DNA from: Bacteroidota bacterium
GTDB lineage: Bacteria; Bacteroidota; Bacteroidia; Flavobacteriales; Flavobacteriaceae
Assembly (NCBI GenBank): GCA_947488545.1
Contig: CANKZE010000001.1
Coordinates: 17,054-81,053 of the forward strand
Direction of reading: 5' to 3'
DNA: 64,000 nt
The position numbers and the translations under genes were made by a program. A model generated the notes under the pieces. The model made no database searches. It worked only from the letters and a program-made list of their open reading frames with translations, and was not told the origin of the DNA. Of the stretch, positions 57,441 to 64,000 are shown one piece after another. Numbering within the stretch: the first letter of the stretch is position 1; the number at the start of each line of letters is the position of its first letter.

Positions 57441-58508
57441 ATGTCACACAACATCAAAGCTGGAGTTGCAACTGGCGATTCAGTCCAAGCAATTTTTAGC
57501 TATGCAAAAGAAAAAGGATTTGCACTTCCTGCAATAAATGTAACTGGTTCAAGCACGGTAAATGGAGTTTTAGAAACTGCAGCAAAATTAAACGCCCCTG
57601 TAATTATTCAATTTTCAAACGGAGGTTGTATTTTTAATGCTGGAAAAGGTTTGTCTAACGCAAATGAAAAAGCCGCTATTTTAGGTGGAATTGCTGGAGC
57701 AAAACACGTTCATACATTAGCTGAAGCATATGGAGCTACTGTAATTCTTCATACTGATCACTGCGCAAAAAAATTATTACCATGGATTGATGGATTATTA
57801 GATGCTAGTGAAGCTCATTTTGCTGCAACTGGAAAACCACTTTATAGTTCTCATATGATTGATTTATCTGAGGAACCAATTGAAGAAAATATTGAAATTT
57901 GCAAAACCTATTTAGCTAGAATGAGCAAAATGGGGATGACATTAGAAATTGAACTTGGAATTACAGGTGGAGAGGAAGATGGAGTTGACAATTCTGATGT
58001 TGATAGTTCAAAATTATATACGCAACCTTCAGAAGTTGCTTATGCTTACGAAGAATTATTGAAGGTGAGTCCGCGTTTTACAATTGCAGCTTCTTTCGGA
58101 AATGTTCACGGTGTTTACAAACCAGGAAATGTAAAATTGACTCCTAAAATCTTGAAAAATTCTCAAGATTACGTTCAGGAAAAATTCAACACAGGAAATA
58201 ACCCAGTGGATTTTGTATTTCATGGAGGTTCTGGATCTACATTGGAAGAAATTAGAGAGGCAATTGGATATGGTGTGGTGAAAATGAATTTGGATACCGA
58301 TTTACAATTTGCTTACACTGAAGGTATTCGTGATTATGTAGTGAATAATATTGATTATTTAAAAACACAAATCGGAAACCCAGAAGGTGCTGATCAACCA
58401 AATAAAAAATATTACGATCCTAGAAAATGGGTTCGTGAAGGAGAAATGACATTCAACGCGAGATTAGAACAAGCTTTCGCAGATTTGAATAACGTGAACA
58501 CTTTATAG
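57441..58508 (+). CDS. fbaA: Class II fructose-bisphosphate aldolase
   Basis: HTDH, SSHMIDLS, FGNVHGVYK, VFHGGSG. Confidence 0.97.
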   Translation: MSHNIKAGVATGDSVQAIFSYAKEKGFALPAINVTGSSTVNGVLETAAKLNAPVIIQFSNGGCIFNAGKGLSNANEKAAILGGIAGAKHVHTLAEAYGATVILHTDHCAKKLLPWIDGLLDASEAHFAATGKPLYSSHMIDLSEEPIEENIEICKTYLARMSKMGMTLEIELGITGGEEDGVDNSDVDSSKLYTQPSEVAYAYEELLKVSPRFTIAASFGNVHGVYKPGNVKLTPKILKNSQDYVQEKFNTGNNPVDFVFHGGSGSTLEEIREAIGYGVVKMNLDTDLQFAYTEGIRDYVVNNIDYLKTQIGNPEGADQPNKKYYDPRKWVREGEMTFNARLEQAFADLNNVNTL

Positions 58509-58580
58509 TTGATAGTTGTCGGTTGTTAGTTGTCGGTTCAATCCGATTAACAACAACCATCAACCATTAACCATTAACAA
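58506..58580. repeat. Inverted pair of heptamer arrays with no gene between them (fbaA/accD junction)
   Basis: tagttga tagttgt cggttgt tagttgt cggtt, about 10 nt spacer, then aacaacaa ccatcaa ccattaa ccattaa caa. Confidence 0.85.
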
Positions 58581-58591
58581 AAACATAAATT

Positions 58592-59446
58592 ATGTCTTGG
58601 TTTAAAAGAACAGAAAAAGGAATTACTACACCCACTGAGGACAAGAAAGATGTTCCTAAAGGCTTGTGGTATAAATCTCCAACAGGAAAAATTATCGATG
58701 CTGAAGAATTAGCAAGAAACCTTTGGGTAAGCCCTGAAGATGGTTTTCATGTTAGAATAGGAAGTAAAGAATATTTCGAGATATTATTTGACAATAATGA
58801 ATTTAAGGAATTAGATGCTAAAATGACATCGAAAGATCCTTTGCACTTTGTGGATACAAAGAAATATTCAGAACGACTTAAAGACGCTATGGAAAAAACC
58901 AAATTGAAAGATGCGGTTCGAACAGGTGTTGGAAAATCTAAAGGTAATGACTTGGTGGTTTGCTGTATGGATTTTGCCTTTATTGGTGGTTCTATGGGAG
59001 CTGTTGTAGGTGAAAAAATTGCAAGAGGAATAGATTATTCAATCAAAAATAAAATTCCATTTGTAATGATTTCAAAATCTGGAGGAGCAAGAATGATGGA
59101 AGCTGCTTATTCTTTAATGCAATTGGCGAAAACATCGGCAAAATTAGCGCAATTGGCTGAAGCTGGAATTCCTTATATTTCATTGTGTACCGATCCAACT
59201 ACGGGGGGAACAACTGCTTCTTACGCCATGTTGGGTGATATTAATATTTCTGAGCCAGGTGCTTTAATAGGATTTGCAGGACCAAGAGTAGTGAGAGATA
59301 CAACTGGTAAAGATTTGCCTGAAGGATTTCAAACTGCAGAATTCTTATTGGAACATGGTTTCTTAGATTTTATAGTTCCAAGAAAAGAATTAAAAGATAA
59401 AATTAATTTATATATCGATTTGATTTTAAATCAAAAAGTAAGATAA
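58592..59446 (+). CDS. accD: Acetyl-CoA carboxylase carboxyltransferase beta subunit
   Basis: [36 protein letters not shown]. Confidence 0.96.
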   Translation: MSWFKRTEKGITTPTEDKKDVPKGLWYKSPTGKIIDAEELARNLWVSPEDGFHVRIGSKEYFEILFDNNEFKELDAKMTSKDPLHFVDTKKYSERLKDAMEKTKLKDAVRTGVGKSKGNDLVVCCMDFAFIGGSMGAVVGEKIARGIDYSIKNKIPFVMISKSGGARMMEAAYSLMQLAKTSAKLAQLAEAGIPYISLCTDPTTGGTTASYAMLGDINISEPGALIGFAGPRVVRDTTGKDLPEGFQTAEFLLEHGFLDFIVPRKELKDKINLYIDLILNQKVR

Positions 59447-59466
59447 ATTTATAAAACATAGACATA

Positions 59467-59499
59467 AAAAAACTCAAAGTTAGACTTTGAGTTTTTTTT
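59467..59499. terminator. Bidirectional terminator between accD and the ABC permease gene
   Basis: aaaaaactcaaagt-tag-actttgagtttttttt between convergent genes. Confidence 0.85.
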
Positions 59500-59510
59500 A
59501 TTTACGCTAT

Positions 59511-60761
59511 TTACATTCCCGTTCGAATCGCTTCAACAGGATCTAATTTTGAGGCAGAAATGGCGGGTAATATTCCTGAAATCAAACCGATTATGGCAGC
59601 TAATCCAGTTCCTAAAAGTACATTTCCAAGTCCCAATACAAATTCGAAATCTAAGGCATTTGTTAAAATTATAGAAATAATCCAAACTAAAATTAAACCA
59701 ATTAAACCCCCAATTACTGAAAGAATAACTGCTTCAAATAAAAATTGGAATAAAATAAAACGGTTTTTTGCTCCTAATGATTTCTGAATTCCAATTAAAT
59801 TGGTGCGTTCTTTTACAGAAACAAACATGATATTGGCAATTCCAAAACCACCAACTAATAATGAAAACCCACTGATAATCCATCCTACAACATTCATTTT
59901 AGAAATAATCCCGTCTAATAAATCTGTGAATCCTGACAATACATTAATGAAAAAGTTGTCTATTTCGCCTGTTTTCATTCCGCGGTAATTTCTCAATTTC
60001 TGAGTTAATTCCGCTTTATAAGCATCCATATCGATCCCTTTCTCTGGTTTAATTACGATTACTGGAGTCATTGAATCGTTGTTATCCCCGTATAATCTTC
60101 TAAGAAAATTAACTGGAATATAAACTGAAGTGTCGTCACTTTCCCCAAAAATCCCCTCACCTTGTTTTTTCAAAACACCTACAACTGTAAATTTTTGTCC
60201 GTACATTCTAATATTTTTCCCAATTGGATCAGTCCCTTCAAAAAGACCTTGAGCGACTTCATTCCCCAAAACAATTAACGCAGCACCGGAATTGGCTTCT
60301 GATTCATTATAAAATCGCCCTTCTTGAAATTCTAATCCTTGAATATCAATAAATTCATGTGAAACGGGAACCACATTTACGTCACTAACAATATTTGCCT
60401 CATATTTTAGGGATTGGCTAGCGGTAAACATTTGATAACACATTTCTTGAGTATTGTTCATCGAAGATTTTAAATACTCGTATTCATCATATTTTACATT
60501 AGGAAATTGCTCCCTTTTCCATTGCGGAATTTCCGAAGGCCCAAATGAAAAACGCATCAAGTAAACGGTATTTTTATCTAAAGTGCTTAAATCTTTTTTG
60601 ATTTTTCTGTCCAATGAATCAACTGCAGCAAGAACTGCAATTATGGAAAAAATTCCAATAGTAACTCCTAATAATGAAAGTAAAGTTCGCAATTTATTGT
60701 TTCGCAGTGCATTCATTGCAAAACTGAAACTCTCTTTTAACAATCGAAAATAAACAATCAT
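59511..60761 (-). CDS. MacB/FtsX-like ABC transporter permease
   Basis: RTLLSLLGVTIG, GGFGIANIMFVSVKERT, QFLFEA, LDPVEA. Confidence 0.92.
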   Translation of the reverse strand: MIVYFRLLKESFSFAMNALRNNKLRTLLSLLGVTIGIFSIIAVLAAVDSLDRKIKKDLSTLDKNTVYLMRFSFGPSEIPQWKREQFPNVKYDEYEYLKSSMNNTQEMCYQMFTASQSLKYEANIVSDVNVVPVSHEFIDIQGLEFQEGRFYNESEANSGAALIVLGNEVAQGLFEGTDPIGKNIRMYGQKFTVVGVLKKQGEGIFGESDDTSVYIPVNFLRRLYGDNNDSMTPVIVIKPEKGIDMDAYKAELTQKLRNYRGMKTGEIDNFFINVLSGFTDLLDGIISKMNVVGWIISGFSLLVGGFGIANIMFVSVKERTNLIGIQKSLGAKNRFILFQFLFEAVILSVIGGLIGLILVWIISIILTNALDFEFVLGLGNVLLGTGLAAIIGLISGILPAISASKLDPVEAIRTGM

Positions 60762-60966
60762 GGCTTTAATTTAGTAGTGTAAAATTCAATATTATTTTGT
60801 GAAAAACCTAATGAAATTAAGTATAAAAATAAAATAAAAAATTGAAGGAAAACGAGTCATCCTATTTATTGAAAAAAAATGAAATAAGTTGTTGTTTTCT
60901 AGTCGTCAAATTATAATTAAATCTAATAAAATAACTATTTTTGCACTTTTAAATCTAACAACAACA

Positions 60967-62493
60967 ATGAACACTACAAAAAAAATCCAATCAGCTTTAA
61001 TTTCAGTTTTTTCAAAAGACGGATTAGAACCAATTGTAAGAAAATTACACGAACAAAATGTTACGTTTTACTCCACTGGAGGAACTGAAGATTTTATAAA
61101 AAACCTTGGAATTCCTGTTGTTCCTGTTGAAGATGTAACTTCATATCCTTCTATTTTAGGTGGTCGAGTGAAAACATTACACCCAAAAATATTTGGTGGT
61201 ATATTAAATCGTCAAGACAATGAAAGTGATGTTCAACAAATGCAAGAATTTGAAATTCCTCAGATTGATTTAGTGATTGTAGATTTATATCCATTTGAAA
61301 AAACAGTTGCTTCAGGAGCTTCAGAAGCAGATAGTATTGAAAAAATTGATATTGGAGGAATTTCGTTAATTCGAGCTGCTGCAAAAAACTTCAAAGACAC
61401 TGTAATCGTGGCTTCTGTAAATGAATACAGCTCACTTTTAGATACAATTACAGCTCAAAATGGCGCAACAACATTAGAAGATAGAAAATTATTTGCTACT
61501 AAAGCATTTCATGTTTCTTCGAATTATGATACTGCCATTTTTAATTATTTCAATACCGACGAAACGTATTACAAACAAAGTATTGCTAACGGACAAATTT
61601 TAAGATACGGTGAAAACCCTCATCAAAAAGGATATTTCTTTGGTGATTTTGAAGCAATGTTTACTAAATTACACGGTAAAGAATTATCCTACAATAATTT
61701 ATTAGATGTTGATGCTGCCGTAAATTTGATTTTAGAATTTAAAAATGAAGATCCTACATTTGCTATATTAAAACACAATAACGCTTGCGGTTTAGCGACA
61801 AGAAAGTCGATGAAAGACGCTTATTTAACCGCTTTAGCTTGCGATCCAACATCTGCTTTTGGCGGGGTGTTAATTGCCAATGAAAAAATTGATGTCGCTA
61901 CAGCAAATGAAATAAATTCTTTATTTTGTGAAGTTGTAATTGCTCCAAGTTATGACGAAGAAGCAATCGCTATTTTAGAACAAAAGAAAAACAGAATAAT
62001 TTTAGTACAAAACGATGTTGAATTGCCAAAAACACAAGTTAGAACTTGTTTGAACGGACTTTTAGTACAAGATAAAAATAACATTACCGATTCAAAATCA
62101 GATTTAAAAACGGTAACAATCACCGAACCAACATCTCAAGAAATTGAAGATTTGATATTTGCATCAAAAATTTGTAAAAACACAAAATCAAATACGATTG
62201 TTTTTGCAAAAAACGGAACTTTAATTTCATCTGGAACCGGACAAACTTCAAGAGTGGACGCTTTAAAACAAGCAATTGAAAAAGCAGATGCCTTTGGATT
62301 TGATTTACACGGAGCGGTAATGGCGAGTGACGCTTTCTTCCCATTTCCTGATTGTGTGGAAATTGCAAATCACGCTGGAATTACAGCAGTAATTCAGCCT
62401 GGAGGTTCTATAAAAGATGAATTAAGTATTGATTATTGCAATGAAAATAAAATTGCAATGGTATTTACAGGAACACGTCATTTTAAACATTAA
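60967..62493 (+). CDS. purH: AICAR transformylase / IMP cyclohydrolase
   Basis: STGGT, GRVKTLHP, YGENPHQ, KHNNACG, SDAFFPF, TRHFKH. ATG at 60967 follows TATTTTTG at 60936. Confidence 0.97.
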   Translation: MNTTKKIQSALISVFSKDGLEPIVRKLHEQNVTFYSTGGTEDFIKNLGIPVVPVEDVTSYPSILGGRVKTLHPKIFGGILNRQDNESDVQQMQEFEIPQIDLVIVDLYPFEKTVASGASEADSIEKIDIGGISLIRAAAKNFKDTVIVASVNEYSSLLDTITAQNGATTLEDRKLFATKAFHVSSNYDTAIFNYFNTDETYYKQSIANGQILRYGENPHQKGYFFGDFEAMFTKLHGKELSYNNLLDVDAAVNLILEFKNEDPTFAILKHNNACGLATRKSMKDAYLTALACDPTSAFGGVLIANEKIDVATANEINSLFCEVVIAPSYDEEAIAILEQKKNRIILVQNDVELPKTQVRTCLNGLLVQDKNNITDSKSDLKTVTITEPTSQEIEDLIFASKICKNTKSNTIVFAKNGTLISSGTGQTSRVDALKQAIEKADAFGFDLHGAVMASDAFFPFPDCVEIANHAGITAVIQPGGSIKDELSIDYCNENKIAMVFTGTRHFKH

Positions 62494-62549
62494 TTTGTTT
62501 AACTTTGTAAATAATTTATTTTAAACCTAACTAAACCCTTAACTGACTT

Positions 62550-63578
62550 ATGGGATTTTTTGATTTCATGACCGAGGATATCGCTATCGACCTAGGTACC
62601 GCAAACACATTAATCATTCACAATGGAAAAGTTGTAATTGATTCGCCATCTATTGTTGCTCGTGATAGAATTACGGGTAAAATTATTGCCGTTGGTAAAG
62701 AGGCAAATTTGATGCAAGGTAAAACCCATGAAAACATTAAAACTATTCGACCGTTAAAGGATGGGGTTATTGCAGATTTTGATGCATCTGAGAAAATGAT
62801 CAGCATGTTTATCAAAAGTATTCCTGCCTTAAAAAAAAGAATGTTCACACCTGCTCTTCGTATGGTTGTTTGTATTCCTTCTGGAATTACAGAAGTGGAA
62901 ATGCGTGCAGTAAAAGAATCTTGTGAAAGAGTAAATGGAAAAGAAGTTTACTTAATTCACGAACCTATGGCTGCGGCAATTGGTATTGGAATTGATATTA
63001 TGCAACCTAAAGGAAACATGATTGTGGATATTGGAGGTGGAACTACTGAAATTGCAGTTATTGCACTTGGAGGTATCGTATGCGATAAATCAGTTAAAAT
63101 TGCAGGAGATGTTTTTACCAATGACATCATCTACTATATGCGCACGCAACACAACTTATTTGTTGGAGAAAGTACAGCTGAAAAAATTAAAATAGAAATT
63201 GGAGCGGCTATTGAAGATTTAGAAACTCCACCGGACGATTATTCAGTTCAAGGACGTGATTTATTAACTGGAAAACCAAAACAAGTAGTTGTTTCTTATA
63301 GAGAAATTGCAAAAGCATTGGACAAATCTATTCAGAGAATTGAAGATGCAGTTATGGAAACTTTATCTCAAACTCCTCCTGAGTTAGCTGCCGATATTTA
63401 CAACACTGGTATTTATTTAGCAGGTGGTGGATCGATGTTAAGAGGTTTGGATAAAAGAATTTCTCAAAAAACAGATCTACCTGTTTACATTGCTGAAGAT
63501 CCATTAAGAGCAGTAGTTCGTGGAACAGGAATGGCATTAAAAGAAATTCCAAGATTTAGAAGTATTTTAATAAAATAA
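62550..63578 (+). CDS. mreB: Rod shape-determining protein MreB
   Basis: IDLGTANT, VDIGGGTTE, LAGGGSMLRG. Confidence 0.97.
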   Translation: MGFFDFMTEDIAIDLGTANTLIIHNGKVVIDSPSIVARDRITGKIIAVGKEANLMQGKTHENIKTIRPLKDGVIADFDASEKMISMFIKSIPALKKRMFTPALRMVVCIPSGITEVEMRAVKESCERVNGKEVYLIHEPMAAAIGIGIDIMQPKGNMIVDIGGGTTEIAVIALGGIVCDKSVKIAGDVFTNDIIYYMRTQHNLFVGESTAEKIKIEIGAAIEDLETPPDDYSVQGRDLLTGKPKQVVVSYREIAKALDKSIQRIEDAVMETLSQTPPELAADIYNTGIYLAGGGSMLRGLDKRISQKTDLPVYIAEDPLRAVVRGTGMALKEIPRFRSILIK

Positions 63579-63590
63579 TAGGCACAATAG

Positions 63591-64000
63591 ATGCAGCAAA
63601 TATTCAATTTTATTTTTAAAAACAGCCATCGATTGCTGTTTTTGCTGCTTTTACTGATCTCATTAGTCTTGACAATTCAATCCCATTCTTTTCATAGAAG
63701 CAAAGTGATTTCATCTGCTAATTTTTTAAGTGGTGGTGTTTATGAAAGTATTAATGGGTTTAGTGAATATTTAACTCTACAAAAACAAAACGAAATTCTT
63801 GCTAATGAGAATGCTCGTTTGAAAAGCCAATTATTCAACATCAAGGATTCAACTTTAGTTCCTAGTATTGACAGTATTAAAGGTGTAGATAAAGTGAATT
63901 TGATTGTTTCAAAAGTAATTCACAATTCTTATAATGTTTATGAAAATTACATCACTATAAAAGGCGGATCAAAAGTTGGTATTAAACCTGACATGGGTGT
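63591..64000 (+). CDS. mreC: Rod shape-determining protein MreC (runs off window)
   Basis: MQQIFNFIFKNSHRLLFLLL...LANENARLK...ITIKGGSKVGIKPDMG, directly after mreB. Confidence 0.9.
   Translation, partial: MQQIFNFIFKNSHRLLFLLLLLISLVLTIQSHSFHRSKVISSANFLSGGVYESINGFSEYLTLQKQNEILANENARLKSQLFNIKDSTLVPSIDSIKGVDKVNLIVSKVIHNSYNVYENYITIKGGSKVGIKPDMG

Overview
AT-rich Flavobacterium-like (Bacteroidota) chromosomal window. Most of it is core housekeeping: kynU, queA, aroA, dtd, rsgA, gldA, a SAM-I riboswitch-controlled split metH-metF operon, tRNA-Asp, trxA, exonuclease-fused dnaE, hppA, pdhB, etfBA, thyA, folA, menG, porT, tamL, fbaA, accD, purH and mreBC. There are two accessory blocks. One is a defence islet between dnaE and trxA: a Type IIG-like nuclease-methyltransferase plus an AbiF-like HEPN protein with a structured leader RNA. 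The other is a SusD-less, probably sucrose-utilisation locus between thyA and folA with a double LacI operator. The most unusual signal is a family of inverted 7-bp tandem arrays at gene junctions inside operons. One pair (29/33 identical, inverted) brackets a four-helix-bundle gene inside the met operon and overlaps the host reading frames. Related pairs occur with no gene between them (metH/metF, fbaA/accD, etfB/etfA), one array sits beside a deleted four-helix-bundle pseudogene (rsgA/dtd), and solo arrays lie in-frame inside metH and aroA. Together these look like stages of a small, transposase-free mobile cassette (inference). Several small palindromic repeat families are also present, one of them in-frame in etfA. 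No CRISPR array, rRNA or transposase was seen. All calls come from reading the sequence; no searches were run.
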